A DNA stretch of 64,000 bases from Chromatiales bacterium 21-64-14 (GCA_002255365.1 NCBI01000003.1:71495-135494); one strand, 5' to 3'. Shown: positions 46,005-56,753, counted from the stretch's first letter. Made by a program: numbers and translations. The notes: generated by a model not told the origin, from the letters alone.

Positions 46005-46700
46005 ATGGAAGCGATCCGACGGCGGGCGGGAAGACGGGTGGAACGGCAGGGCCCGGCGGTGCGCCGTGCCCTATTGGACTGCGCCCGGCGTTTGTTCGCG
46101 GAGCATGGTTACGCCGGGGTCTCGCTGCGCCAAGTGGGCCGGGCCGCCGGGGTCAACCCGGCCATGGTCCATTATTACTTTGGCGACAAGCGCGGCCTCT
46201 ATCGCCAGATCTTCCATGAAGCAGCCGGGCCGGTGTTGGATCAGGTCCGCCGGCTCATCGACGACAACGGCACCACCGACACACATCCGATCCAGACCTT
46301 CCTCACCCTGCTCATGCGCACGCTGGCCCGTTCGCCTTGGCTGCCGGCATTCATCACCCGTGACGTGCTGGCACCGGACGGTGAATTCCGGGAAGAGTTC
46401 GTCCATACCTACGCCTCCCCAGGCGGGACCGGTGTGGCGACATTGATCACCCGCGAAATCGCCGCAGGCCGGCTACGCTCCGACCTGGATCCGGATCTGG
46501 CGGCACTGTCCCTTGTAAGCTTGGCCCTGTATCCCTTCATCGCGCTGCCGGTAGCGCGGCGGGTATTCGATGTGCCCATAGAACCGGACCGGATCCAACG
46601 GCTGGTCGAACACACCACCCGGTTGTTCTTCTCGGGCACCGGAGTATCACCGGCGCTTGGTACGCCTCCACCCCATCTCCAAGGAACGCGTCCATGGTGA
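46005..46700 (+). CDS. TetR/AcrR-family transcriptional regulator
   Basis: N-terminal HTH (ARRLFAEHGYAGVSLRQVGRAAGVNPAMVHYYFGDKRGLY). Confidence 0.85.
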   Translation: MEAIRRRAGRRVERQGPAVRRALLDCARRLFAEHGYAGVSLRQVGRAAGVNPAMVHYYFGDKRGLYRQIFHEAAGPVLDQVRRLIDDNGTTDTHPIQTFLTLLMRTLARSPWLPAFITRDVLAPDGEFREEFVHTYASPGGTGVATLITREIAAGRLRSDLDPDLAALSLVSLALYPFIALPVARRVFDVPIEPDRIQRLVEHTTRLFFSGTGVSPALGTPPPHLQGTRPW

Positions 46701-47746
46701 AACCGACTGCCCGGATATTGGTGGTGATGGTGCTGCTGCTCCTCATCGCCGTCGGTGCGGGCGCCGCGTGGTGGCGCGGCGATGTTCACCACGGTACCGG
46801 CGATCCGGAGCTCGTCCTGTACGGGAACGTGGATATCCGTCAGGTGGAGCTGGCGTTCAACGGCAATGAGCGCATCGCCGCCATGGAAGTACAGGAAGGG
46901 GACCGGGTAAAGAAGGGGGAATTGCTGGCGCGCATGGATACCCGGAGATTGAAGAGCGCGGCGGATCAGGCCCGGGCGCGGGTCGCCGCCCAGCGCCAAG
47001 TGGTGGCACGCCTGCTGGCGGGCAGCCGGCCCGAGGAGGTCAGCAAGGCCCGCGCCGACGTGGCCGCCGCGCAAGCGGAGGCCTATAATGCGGTACGCAA
47101 CGCCCAGCGCCAGCAGGCGTTGGTGCGCAAAAAACTCATTTCTTCGGCCCAGGCCGATGACGCCGCGGCCGCGGCGGACGCGGCCCGCGCGCGCCTTGAT
47201 GCCGCCCGGCAGACCTTGAAATTGGTGTTGGCGGGACCGCGGCGGGAGGATATCGCGGCCGCGCAGGCCACCTTGCAGGCCGACCAGGCCGCCCTCGCCC
47301 TGGCACAAGTCGCACTCGCCGACGCCGACCTTTATGCCCCCGCCGATGGCGTAGTGCAGGACCGCATCCTGGAACCGGGCGACATGGCCTCCCCAGCCCG
47401 ACCCGCCTTCACCCTGGCCCTCACCGATCCAATGTGGGTACGGGCCTACGTAGCGGAGCCGGATCTGGGCAAGATCCGTCTCGGCATGCGCGCGGAAATC
47501 ACCACCGACAGCTACCCGGCAAAACGCTACCCGGGCTGGATCGGTTTCATCTCTCCCACTGCGGAATTCACACCGAAGTCGGTGGAAACCCCCCAGGTGC
47601 GCACCCGCCTCGTCTATCAGGTGCGGGTGTACGTCTGCAATCCCCAGGGGGAACTGCGCCTCGGGATGCCCACCACCGTGCACATCCCACTGCGTCAGAC
47701 CGGCACCCCGCAACCCGATACCGCCCGACGCTGCGCCGGGCGATGA
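46694..47746 (+). CDS. HlyD-family membrane-fusion protein of an ABC efflux system (YhiI-like)
   Basis: Single N-terminal TM segment, coiled-coil region, beta-barrel C-terminus. Its start overlaps the TetR stop as ATGGTGA. Confidence 0.85.
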   Translation: MVKPTARILVVMVLLLLIAVGAGAAWWRGDVHHGTGDPELVLYGNVDIRQVELAFNGNERIAAMEVQEGDRVKKGELLARMDTRRLKSAADQARARVAAQRQVVARLLAGSRPEEVSKARADVAAAQAEAYNAVRNAQRQQALVRKKLISSAQADDAAAAADAARARLDAARQTLKLVLAGPRREDIAAAQATLQADQAALALAQVALADADLYAPADGVVQDRILEPGDMASPARPAFTLALTDPMWVRAYVAEPDLGKIRLGMRAEITTDSYPAKRYPGWIGFISPTAEFTPKSVETPQVRTRLVYQVRVYVCNPQGELRLGMPTTVHIPLRQTGTPQPDTARRCAGR

Positions 47747-49545
47747 ACGCCGGGACTCCGGCCACGGTGGTGCCCGTCCACAGCGGGGATGTGGCCGTGG
47801 AACTCACCGCGGTGGACAAGGCCTTCCAATCCGGCGGACGCCGGGTGCAGGCCCTGCACGGAGCCACACTGCAGGTGCGCCACGCAATGGTCACCGGCCT
47901 GATCGGACCGGACGGCGCCGGCAAGACCACTCTCATGCGTCTGGCGGCCGGGTTGCTGGTGGCGGATGCCGGCGGCATCCGGGTCCTGGGCCTGGACGCT
48001 GCGCGCGACTCCCTCGCAATACAGGGCTCCATCGGCTATATGCCCCAACGTTTCGGGCTGTACGAAGACCTCACGGTACAGGAGAACCTGGATCTCTATG
48101 CCCGGCTCCAGGGAGTCCCGGCGGTCGAACGCGGGGCGCGCTACCGGGAGCTGATGGCCATGACCGGGCTGGGCCCGTTCACCGGCCGTCTCGCTGGACG
48201 CCTGTCCGGCGGGATGAAACAGAAGCTGGGGCTTGCCTGCACCTTGGTACGACCCCCCCGGTTGCTGCTGTTGGACGAGCCGACGGTGGGCGTGGATCCT
48301 ATCTCGCGGCGCGAGTTGTGGTCCATTGTCTACCGGCTGGTCCGGCAAGAGGGCATGAGCGTGCTGCTCAGTACCGCCTACCTGGATGAGGCGGAACGCT
48401 GCAACGAGGTGGTGCTGCTGCACGAAGGCAAGGTCCTGGGACACGGACCACCGGAACAGTTCAAGGCCCCCCTGCATGGGCACACCTACGCGGTCCGTGC
48501 CACGCAAGCGATGAAAAAGCGTGCCCTGCAGGAACGGCTCGCCAACGCGGCCGGTGTCCTGGACGCGGTGATCCAGGGCGACCACGTGCGTCTGGTAATG
48601 GACAGCGCGGTCCCTCCGGATCCAGAGGCGCTGCTGCCCGGTATCGCCGGCGTGTCCCTGGAGGCCGTCGAGCCGCGCTTCGAGGATAGCTTCATCGCCA
48701 CCCTGCGCACCGGGTACGGGCGTCGGGATGGGGGATACGGCACGGTGTCCGCGCCAAACGGTGCGGCGATCGCGCTGGACCATGGCGCCCCGGTGATCCG
48801 GGTACACGAACTGGCGCGGCGCTTCGGGGAATTCTACGCCGTACGCAACATCAGCTTCGAGGTCAACCGGGGTGAGGTATTCGGGCTACTGGGCGCGAAC
48901 GGCGCGGGCAAGTCCACCACCTTCCGCATGTTGTGCGGGCTGCTGCCTCCCAGTAGCGGCGAACTGCGGGTCGCGGGCGCGGACCTGCGCACCGCCGGCG
49001 CCGCGGCCCGCAGACGCATCGGCTATATGTCCCAGAAGTTCTCCCTCTATGGAAATCTGAGCGTGGCGGAAAACCTCCAATTCTTCGCCAGCGCCTATGG
49101 ACTCTCCGGGCAGCGCCACCGGGAGCGCATCCGCCGGGCCCTGGTGGAGTTCTCGCTCGAGGAGAGCCGGGACGTGACCAGCGCGGACCTGTCCCTGGGT
49201 TTCAAACAACGCCTCGCCCTCGCTTGCGCCCTGATGCACGAGCCGCAGATTCTGTTCCTGGACGAGCCCACCTCGGGGGTCGACCCCCTGGCACGACGCG
49301 GATTCTGGCAACGCATCAACCACGTCGCGGAACAGGGGGTCACGGTACTGGTGACCACGCACTTTATGGAAGAAGCCGAGTACTGCGACCGGCTCGCCAT
49401 CATGGCGGCCGGCGAGATCCTGGCCCTGGGCACGCCAGCGCAGATCAGGGAACAGGCCCGGGGCACGCAGCGCCCGGACCTCTCCATGGAGGACGCCTTC
49501 ATCGCGTTGATCGAGGCCCACGCCGGGCCGCGGGAGGACCCATGA
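47743..49545 (+). CDS. ABC transporter ATP-binding protein with two fused ABC domains (RbbA/YhiH-like)
   Basis: Two Walker A motifs (GPDGAGKTT and GANGAGKST) and two LSGG signatures. ATGA overlap with the HlyD stop. Confidence 0.85.
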   Translation: MNAGTPATVVPVHSGDVAVELTAVDKAFQSGGRRVQALHGATLQVRHAMVTGLIGPDGAGKTTLMRLAAGLLVADAGGIRVLGLDAARDSLAIQGSIGYMPQRFGLYEDLTVQENLDLYARLQGVPAVERGARYRELMAMTGLGPFTGRLAGRLSGGMKQKLGLACTLVRPPRLLLLDEPTVGVDPISRRELWSIVYRLVRQEGMSVLLSTAYLDEAERCNEVVLLHEGKVLGHGPPEQFKAPLHGHTYAVRATQAMKKRALQERLANAAGVLDAVIQGDHVRLVMDSAVPPDPEALLPGIAGVSLEAVEPRFEDSFIATLRTGYGRRDGGYGTVSAPNGAAIALDHGAPVIRVHELARRFGEFYAVRNISFEVNRGEVFGLLGANGAGKSTTFRMLCGLLPPSSGELRVAGADLRTAGAAARRRIGYMSQKFSLYGNLSVAENLQFFASAYGLSGQRHRERIRRALVEFSLEESRDVTSADLSLGFKQRLALACALMHEPQILFLDEPTSGVDPLARRGFWQRINHVAEQGVTVLVTTHFMEEAEYCDRLAIMAAGEILALGTPAQIREQARGTQRPDLSMEDAFIALIEAHAGPREDP

Positions 49546-50699
49546 AGGGCACTGCCGTCACCCCCACAGGTCACGCCCGCGGCGGATCAGGAATGCGGCT
49601 GGGCGGCTTGATCCGCAAAGAATTCCTGCAGATCGTCCGGGATCCCAGTAGCATCGCCATCGCGTTCCTGATGCCCGTACTGCTGTTGCTCATCTTCGGC
49701 TATGGCGTTTCCCTGGATGCCAAGCACGTGCCCATCGCGCTGGTAGTGGACCAGCCCAGCGCCGACACGGCCAGTTTCACCGGCGCGTTCCAACACACCC
49801 CTTACTTCACTGCGGTCCAACTGCCGGACATGGGTGCAGCCACCGAGGCCCTGATGGCAGGCCGGGTGGATGCGATACTGCGACTGCGGGCGGACTTCGC
49901 ACAGCAGCTGCGCCGTCCGCGCGGCGCGCCGATCCAGTTGCTCGTCAACGGCGTGGACGCCAATACCGCGCGCCTGGTGCAAGGCTATGTGGCTGGGATC
50001 TGGGTAGGCTGGCTGGAACAGCGGGCCCGGAGCCGGGGACTCGGGCCGGCCATCCCCGTGCAACTCGACCAGCGCGTGTGGTTCAACAGCGAACTGCGCA
50101 GCCGCAATTACTTGGTGCCGGGGCTCATCGCGGTGATCATGACCTTGATCGGTGCGCTGCTCACCGCCATGGTGATGGCGCGGGAGTGGGAACGTGGCAC
50201 CATGGAGGCGCTGCTGGTAACGCCGGTGGCCATGCGCGAAGTACTGTTCGGCAAGCTCGTCCCCTACTTCATCCTCGGAATGGGGGGCATGGCGCTGTCG
50301 GTGGCGATGACGGTGTGGCTATTTCACGTACCCCTGCGTGGTTCCCTGGCGGTGTTGTTCGTCTGCGCGGCCCTGTTCCTGCTAACGGCGTTGGGTATGG
50401 GACTGCTGATCTCCATCACCGCCAGGAATCAGTTCGTCGCGGGACAAGCCGCCATTATCGCCACCTTCCTTCCGGCGTTCCTGCTCTCGGGGTTCGTGTT
50501 CGACATCGGCAGCATGCCGCAGGTGGTGCAGCTCATCACCCATCTGATCGCGGCCCGGTATTTCGTGTCGATCCTGCAGACGGTGTTCCTGGCCGGCGAC
50601 CTGTGGGGCGTGATCCTGCCCAACGCCCTGGCGTTGATCGTGATGGCCGTGATCTTCCTGGGCCTCAGCCGGCACCGGGCACACAAACGGCTCGAATAA
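49542..50699 (+). CDS. ABC-2 type permease (YhhJ-like)
   Basis: ATGA overlap with the ATPase stop. Six TM segments after a large N-terminal periplasmic loop. Confidence 0.8.
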   Translation: MKGTAVTPTGHARGGSGMRLGGLIRKEFLQIVRDPSSIAIAFLMPVLLLLIFGYGVSLDAKHVPIALVVDQPSADTASFTGAFQHTPYFTAVQLPDMGAATEALMAGRVDAILRLRADFAQQLRRPRGAPIQLLVNGVDANTARLVQGYVAGIWVGWLEQRARSRGLGPAIPVQLDQRVWFNSELRSRNYLVPGLIAVIMTLIGALLTAMVMAREWERGTMEALLVTPVAMREVLFGKLVPYFILGMGGMALSVAMTVWLFHVPLRGSLAVLFVCAALFLLTALGMGLLISITARNQFVAGQAAIIATFLPAFLLSGFVFDIGSMPQVVQLITHLIAARYFVSILQTVFLAGDLWGVILPNALALIVMAVIFLGLSRHRAHKRLE

Positions 50700-50722
50700 G
50701 GCACAGCGCGGGGACTCAAATC

Positions 50723-51832
50723 ATGTTGAAACGGATTATCGCCCTGGTGAAGAAGGAATTACTCGCCCTGCTGAAGGACAAGCAGACCCGCTTCGTACTC
50801 ATCGGTCCACCGATCATCCAGCTCCTGGTGTTCAGCTATGCCGCCACCTTCGACCTGAATCACGTACCGTTCGCCGTCTACAACGAAGACCCGGGGTCCG
50901 CCGCGCGCCAACTGGTGGCGCGCTTCCAGGGGTCGGAAAATTTCCAGGAAGTGGCACCGATCACCCGGGAAGGTGAGATCGCGCCGACCCTGGATGACAA
51001 GCGCGCGCTGCTGGTACTCCATATCGGCCCGCAGTTCAGCCGCAATCTGCAACTCGGCCGCCCCGCAGACCTGCAAGTGTTATTGGACGGGCGCAACTCC
51101 AACACCGCATTGATCGCCCTGAACTATGTGCGTGATATCGTTATCGCCTTCAACCAAAAATGGGTGACGGAACACGGCCTGCCCGCCGCCCCCGCGCACC
51201 TGGAGGTGCGCGCCTGGTTCAACCCGAACCTGGAAAGCCGGTGGTTCATCGTTCCGGGCATCGTGGGCCTGCTCACCCTGGTGGTCAGCATGATGGTGAC
51301 CTCCCTCTCGGTGGCTCGGGAACGCGAGCATGGCACCTTCGATCAGCTCCTGGTAACCCCACTGCGCCCACTGGAAATCCTGATCGGGAAGGCGCTGCCC
51401 GGCTTCATCGTCGGACTCGTAGAGGCCTCGGCGATCATCGTGGTAGTGGTGTACTGGTTCCAGATCCCGCTGTTGGGCAGCCTCGCCACCCTCTACACCG
51501 GATTGATCTTGTTTCTGCTCTCGGCGATCGGCGTAGGGCTGATGATCTCATCCCTCTCCGCCACGCAACAGCAGGGGATGTTGGGGGCGTTTCTGTTCCT
51601 GGTGCCGGCCATCATCCTGTCGGGATTCGCCACCCCCATAGCCAACATGCCGGAGCTGGTCCAGACGATCACCCTGATCAATCCCATGCGCTACTTCATG
51701 GTGGTACTGCGCGGGGTATTCCTGGAAGGCACCCCGTTCCACATGTTGATCCCCCAATTCTGGCCCATGGCCCTGATCGGCTTGGTCACCCTGACCCTGG
51801 CGGGCTGGCTGTTCCGCCACCGGATGCACTGA
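50723..51832 (+). CDS. ABC-2 type permease, second copy
   Basis: Paralogous architecture to the previous permease. ATG at 50723 (MLKRIIALVKKELL). Confidence 0.8.
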   Translation: MLKRIIALVKKELLALLKDKQTRFVLIGPPIIQLLVFSYAATFDLNHVPFAVYNEDPGSAARQLVARFQGSENFQEVAPITREGEIAPTLDDKRALLVLHIGPQFSRNLQLGRPADLQVLLDGRNSNTALIALNYVRDIVIAFNQKWVTEHGLPAAPAHLEVRAWFNPNLESRWFIVPGIVGLLTLVVSMMVTSLSVAREREHGTFDQLLVTPLRPLEILIGKALPGFIVGLVEASAIIVVVVYWFQIPLLGSLATLYTGLILFLLSAIGVGLMISSLSATQQQGMLGAFLFLVPAIILSGFATPIANMPELVQTITLINPMRYFMVVLRGVFLEGTPFHMLIPQFWPMALIGLVTLTLAGWLFRHRMH

Positions 51833-51900
51833 CTCTCCGGGGCCTTGCGCATTACGCAAATAGATTGTAAGCTACTAATTCGTTCCCTTATTATCAATGC

Positions 51901-52344
51901 ATGGAAATGACCAGACCCAAAGTGTCCGATAATTTTGGTGCCCACCTCGGGGAAACCGCCCGGGCTTGGCGCAACCGTCTGAATCAGCGCCTCAAGCCCC
52001 TCGGGCTGAGCCAGGCTAAATGGTTGGTACTCCTGAAGTTGTCGCATGGCGGCGACGGCATGGTCCAGAAGGAGCTGGCCGAACGTATCGGCGTCGAGGG
52101 TCCCACCTTGGTAGGACTGTTGGACCGCATGACCCGGGACGGCTGGATCGTGCGCCGCGATTCCCGCGCCGACCGGCGCAGCAAGACCGTCCATCTCACC
52201 GAGCAGGCGAACGCGGTCACCAGGGAGATCGAGGCGGTAGCGGCCAAGCTGCGCCGCGAGTTGCTGGCAGATATACCGGCGGAACAACTGCAATGCTGCC
52301 AGGACGTCCTGCAACGGATCCGGAACAAGGCGGAACGCGTCTAG
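51901..52344 (+). CDS. MarR-family transcriptional regulator (EmrR-like)
   Basis: Winged-helix region (GLSQAKWLVLLKL...QKELAERIGVEGPTLVGLLDRMTRDGWIVRRDSRADRRSK). Confidence 0.85.
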   Translation: MEMTRPKVSDNFGAHLGETARAWRNRLNQRLKPLGLSQAKWLVLLKLSHGGDGMVQKELAERIGVEGPTLVGLLDRMTRDGWIVRRDSRADRRSKTVHLTEQANAVTREIEAVAAKLRRELLADIPAEQLQCCQDVLQRIRNKAERV

Positions 52345-52404
52345 CCCTTCCCCGGCCGACGCACGCCATATTCCCGCCCCAGGGTACAATCAGGAGATCC
52401 GTTC

Positions 52405-53409
52405 GTGCGTGTCATCTCATGGAGCCTCGCCGCGGTAGCAACCCTGGCCGTTGCCGCGGGAAGCTATTGGTATTGGGAACATGTCCAGCGCTACCCGAGC
52501 ACCGACGACGCCTACGTGGGCGCCCACGTCGTACGCATCGCGGCACAGGTTGAAGGGCGCGTGACAGGCGTCCACGTCCGCGATCAGCAACAGGTCGAGC
52601 GCGGTACGCCCCTGTTCGATATCGATCCCCAACCCTTTGAACTGGCAGTACAACGGGCACGCGCCCATTTGGCGGTTGTGCGCCAGACGGTAGCGGCGGA
52701 AAGCGCCGCGATACGCGCCGCCGCGGCCGAAGTAAATGACCGCCAGGTATTGCTGGACAACGCCCGGGAAAGCGCCGGCAGGATACGCCACTTGGTGGCA
52801 CGGCATTTCGCCTCGCAACAGGCCGTGGATGACGCCAACGCCGCGGTGAACAGCGCCCGCGCCCAGCTTGCGCTGGCGCAGGCCAGCCTCCACGAGGCGC
52901 GCGTGACCTTGGGAACCGGCGGCCAAGGCAATCAGCAGCTCCGCGAAGCGCAAGTGGAGCTGGCGCAAAACGAGGTGAACCTCAGCTACACCCACCCGGC
53001 CGCGCCCTGTGACGGACAGATCGCGCAACTCTCCCTGCGGCCTGGTGACGTGGTATCACCCGCGGTGCCCCTGTTCGCGCTGATCTGCAACCACGAGTGG
53101 TGGGTGGACGCGAACTTCAAGGAGACCCGGCTGGAACGCATCCATGCAGGGCAACCGGCAACGGTCGACGTGGATATGTACCCAGGGCATCCGTTCCACG
53201 GCCGCGTGGAACAAGTGGGAGGCGCGAGCGGCGTGGCCTTCTCACTGCTGCCGCCGCAGAACGCCACCGGGAACTGGGTCAAGGTGACTCAGCGGGTGCC
53301 GGTTCGGGTCCTGATCGCGGATCCGAACCCACATTTCCCCCTGCGTGTGGGGACCAGCGCCGAGGTGACCATCGACACCGGCGCCACGCCCCGACACCGC
53401 GGCAGATAG
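52405..53409 (+). CDS. EmrA-like HlyD-family membrane-fusion protein
   Basis: N-terminal TM segment, long coiled coil and beta-barrel tail. GTG start. Confidence 0.85.
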   Translation: MRVISWSLAAVATLAVAAGSYWYWEHVQRYPSTDDAYVGAHVVRIAAQVEGRVTGVHVRDQQQVERGTPLFDIDPQPFELAVQRARAHLAVVRQTVAAESAAIRAAAAEVNDRQVLLDNARESAGRIRHLVARHFASQQAVDDANAAVNSARAQLALAQASLHEARVTLGTGGQGNQQLREAQVELAQNEVNLSYTHPAAPCDGQIAQLSLRPGDVVSPAVPLFALICNHEWWVDANFKETRLERIHAGQPATVDVDMYPGHPFHGRVEQVGGASGVAFSLLPPQNATGNWVKVTQRVPVRVLIADPNPHFPLRVGTSAEVTIDTGATPRHRGR

Positions 53410-53564
53410 CACCCCTTACCGGACCAACTTAAACGCCACGGGTTCCTCCTATGGGTGACGCCACTAGCCCGCATTTCTCACCGGTCTCCTGCTATGGCCG
53501 CCGCCGCGACAGTGCGTACCTCCTGCGCCCACCCCGACGCCCGCGCAACGAACTCCGGTGAACA

Positions 53565-55082
53565 ATGCGGGCTAACCACCGGTTCCTGATCACCATCGCA
53601 GTGATGTCCGCCACCGTGATGCAGGTGTTGGACACCACCATCGTCAACGTCGCGCTCCCCCACATGGAGGGACAGCTTTCCGCAACCCCCGACGAGATCA
53701 GCTGGGTACTGACCAGTTATCTGGTAGCCTCCGGCATCTTCATGCCTATGACCGGTTATTTCACGGACCGCCTGGGCCAAAAAAAATATCTGCTGCTCAG
53801 TATCTTCGGATTCGTTGTGGCCTCGGTCCTCAGCGGACTGTCTGTGAATCTTACCCAGATCGTCTTCTTCCGGCTCCTGCAGGGCGTATTCGGCGCCGCA
53901 CTGGTGCCCCTGTCCCAGTCGATCCTGGTCAACACCTATCCGCCGGAGGAACGCGGCAAAGCGATGGCGATCTGGGGGATCGGGGTGATGGTGGGCCCGA
54001 TCCTCGGTCCGACGCTGGGTGGCTATCTCACCCAGGTGCTGAGTTGGCGCTGGACCTTCTTCATCAACGTGCCGGTAGGCATCTTCTCGCTGCTTGCTGC
54101 TTGGCGTGTCGTGCCCGACACGGAACGACGCCAGCGCTCCATGGATTGGACCGGTTTGGTGCTGCTCTCCATGGCAATCGGCGGCCTGCAGTTCGTTCTG
54201 GACCGCGGCAACCAGGACGACTGGTTCGACGCCCATACCATACAGATCGCCACGCTCCTGAGCGTGGTCGGCTTCCTCGGATTCGCCTGGCACGGTCTCC
54301 TGCACCGGGAGAAGGCGCTCTTCGACCTGCGCATCTTCAAGGATCGAAACTTCTCGACCTCCAGCCTTCTGTTGGCGGTATTCGGACTCGGACTGTACGG
54401 GATGCTGGTACTCCAGCCCATGCTGCTGGAGTCGCTATTGAACTATCCGACGTTCACCACCGGACTGGTGATGGCCCCGCGTGGCGTGGCCAGCATGTTC
54501 AGCATGTTCCTGGTGGGCCGGCTGATCAATCGTATCGGCCCGCGGCCACTGATTACTACGGGCATCCTGCTAAGCATTGTTGGAACCTTCGCCACTACTC
54601 ACTATAGCCTGTATATCGACCCGTTTTGGGTGATATGGCCGGTTATGGTGCAGGGACTAGGGCTGGGCATGATTTTCGTCCCGCTCGCCGCGGTAGCCTT
54701 CACGACCCTGAACCCCCGGCAATCCGCAGAGGCCGCCGGGATCTTCAGCCTGGTGCGTACCATCGGCTCCTCCATCGGGATCTCCATCGTCACCACGGTG
54801 ATGACACGGCATGCCCAGATCGCCTGGAACCAGATCGGCGGACACCTGCAGCCCTTCAATCCCGCGCTCTACCTCTACCTGGACCGTTTGCAGCTCAGCC
54901 CGGGGGACCCGCGCGCCGCAGCGGTGCTAGGCTATGAACTCGGCCGTCAGGCCCAGATGGTGGCTCTGGTGGACGCCTTCACCCTCATCGCCTGGAGTTT
55001 CGTATGCATGCTGCCTCTGGTACTGTTGCTGCGAAGTTCAGGCCGCGCGCGGACCGCAAACCCAACCCCTGCGCTGGAATGA
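53565..55082 (+). CDS. EmrB/QacA-type (DHA2) MFS drug-efflux transporter
   Basis: 14-TM layout; motif GYFTDRLGQKK; 505 aa. Confidence 0.85.
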   Translation: MRANHRFLITIAVMSATVMQVLDTTIVNVALPHMEGQLSATPDEISWVLTSYLVASGIFMPMTGYFTDRLGQKKYLLLSIFGFVVASVLSGLSVNLTQIVFFRLLQGVFGAALVPLSQSILVNTYPPEERGKAMAIWGIGVMVGPILGPTLGGYLTQVLSWRWTFFINVPVGIFSLLAAWRVVPDTERRQRSMDWTGLVLLSMAIGGLQFVLDRGNQDDWFDAHTIQIATLLSVVGFLGFAWHGLLHREKALFDLRIFKDRNFSTSSLLLAVFGLGLYGMLVLQPMLLESLLNYPTFTTGLVMAPRGVASMFSMFLVGRLINRIGPRPLITTGILLSIVGTFATTHYSLYIDPFWVIWPVMVQGLGLGMIFVPLAAVAFTTLNPRQSAEAAGIFSLVRTIGSSIGISIVTTVMTRHAQIAWNQIGGHLQPFNPALYLYLDRLQLSPGDPRAAAVLGYELGRQAQMVALVDAFTLIAWSFVCMLPLVLLLRSSGRARTANPTPALE

Positions 55083-55178
55083 CACACGACAGGCCGCGAA
55101 ACCCATGGCCCCGCGGCCATAGCCGGCCTACAATCTGTCGACAGTTGTGCGGACCGGCACGCGAGCGGAGCACACGCC

Positions 55179-55652
55179 ATGTACCAGACGATACTACTCG
55201 CCTATAACGGAACCCGCGAAGGCCGCTTGGCGCTGCGCGAAGGCGCCGAGATCGCCAAGGCCTGCCGCACGGCTACCCATCTGCTGGCGGTGGTCAGCGC
55301 GACATCGGTGGTATCCCTTGGTGAAGGCTTCGATACTGGGCATCTGGTAAGCGAGGAAGTTGCCCGCTACCAGGAAATCCTGGACGAAGGTGTCGCATTG
55401 CTGCGCGGGCACGGACTCACCGCCGAGGGACATCTCGCCCAGGGCGAACCCTCCGAGCGCATCGCCGCGATGGCACGCGCGCTCAAGGCGGATCTGATCG
55501 TGGTGGGTCACCGCAACCGCAGCCGCTTTGCCCGCTGGTGGCAAGGAACGTCATTGAGTGCGTCCCTGTTGGAACAGTCCCCATGCAGCATCCTGGTGAC
55601 CATCGCCGGAGAAGATATTGCGCGGGCACCGGACGCACCCGCGGCCTCCTAG
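55179..55652 (+). CDS. Universal stress protein (UspA family)
   Basis: Usp fold with the ATP-binding-type motif GHRNRSRFARWWQGTS...S. Confidence 0.8.
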   Translation: MYQTILLAYNGTREGRLALREGAEIAKACRTATHLLAVVSATSVVSLGEGFDTGHLVSEEVARYQEILDEGVALLRGHGLTAEGHLAQGEPSERIAAMARALKADLIVVGHRNRSRFARWWQGTSLSASLLEQSPCSILVTIAGEDIARAPDAPAAS

Positions 55653-55804
55653 CCTGCATCTATGGCGTAGCGTTGCGTTCCTGATGCCGCCGACAATCGG
55701 CGTGAGGCCCACATGGATGCTGGGTTCAAGATGTTCCCGGCAGCGTGAGACACTACATCAGTCCGTCTCCTCGTTGGCGTGGCCCAAACCCGAAGACATA
55801 CTGG

Positions 55805-56218
55805 TCAGGGCGAAAAAGTCATATGGATATGACTATGGAACGGCGCGAACGGTGGTCTTTGAAAATGCTCATGCAACAGCCGTTCCCGCAAGCAGCTGGC
55901 CACACCGGTAACCGGCCACACCAGCACCTGAGTCACCGCGCCGTCGCGACCGATCACCAACGCCACGTCGAAGGCGGAAAGATCTGCCGCCGGCTGCGAT
56001 TTGATACAGGCATGCAATGTCGCGGGATAGGTCGCCTGATATTGGCGGATCACTGTGTTCTCATAGCGCTGGCCGACGGCATCCGCGACATCGGATTGGT
56101 TGCGCCGGATGGCATCCTCAAGCCGGCGCTCGTGAACGCCAGCCGGGGCAGCCTGTACCGCGCCAGCCGCTACCCACGGCAGCAACACGAGAAAAAACAG
56201 ACGAAGAAGGTTCGGCAT
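55805..56218 (-). CDS. Hypothetical secreted protein
   Basis: Signal peptide MPNLLRLFFLVLLPWVAAGAVQA. 137 aa with coding-like composition. Confidence 0.45.
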   Translation of the reverse strand: MPNLLRLFFLVLLPWVAAGAVQAAPAGVHERRLEDAIRRNQSDVADAVGQRYENTVIRQYQATYPATLHACIKSQPAADLSAFDVALVIGRDGAVTQVLVWPVTGVASCLRERLLHEHFQRPPFAPFHSHIHMTFSP

Positions 56219-56351
56219 CGATGCTCAGCCCGCCCGGGAGCACCAGTATAAGAAGCGCTCATGGCGAACACAAACGGGCCGGGCCAGGGACGACGGGCCA
56301 GCCGGGCAACGGCTATACTACGGCAAGGCCTCCAGGGGACCCAAAAATACA

Positions 56352-56735
56352 ATGAATATCGAAAAAGTGGTCTTCAGCTTCTTTATCGTACTGGCCCTGA
56401 CCCTCAACTTCGGATTCTTCCTGGGGGTCTTCGACAATCCGCTGCACCATGATGTCTACGAGCTGTTTGCCGCCATCGTGGTCAATCTGATCGCCACTGT
56501 GCTCAAATTCGGCGATCGCACCCACGTGGGGGCCGTGCTCCTGGCGGCGAGCCTGGTGGCGGACCTTCAACTCCTGACGGCGGCGCTCGTATGGGCGGTC
56601 GCCGCGCACGTATCCGCAACCGGCGTCACGGCGACGGTCACCGCAAGCATCGTATCCTTGTCCGGGGGCGCGTTGCTGGCGAATGTCGTGTCCGTGGTGC
56701 TGCTGATCATCGAAATCGCAACACTGCGGCGCTGA
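56352..56735 (+). CDS. Small 4-TM membrane protein of unknown function, coupled to the downstream K+ channel
   Basis: 127 aa and very hydrophobic. Atypically AT-rich codon usage for this genome at its 5' end. Its stop lies 18 nt before the channel start. Confidence 0.5.
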   Translation: MNIEKVVFSFFIVLALTLNFGFFLGVFDNPLHHDVYELFAAIVVNLIATVLKFGDRTHVGAVLLAASLVADLQLLTAALVWAVAAHVSATGVTATVTASIVSLSGGALLANVVSVVLLIIEIATLRR

Positions 56736-56753
56736 CGCCCCAGGGGGCTGTGA

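Noticed and set aside
46409-48807. Long minus-strand ORFs (434 aa and 370 aa) over the HlyD and ABC genes
   Set aside because: Antisense shadows. The plus-strand genes have Walker and signature motifs and coupled starts.
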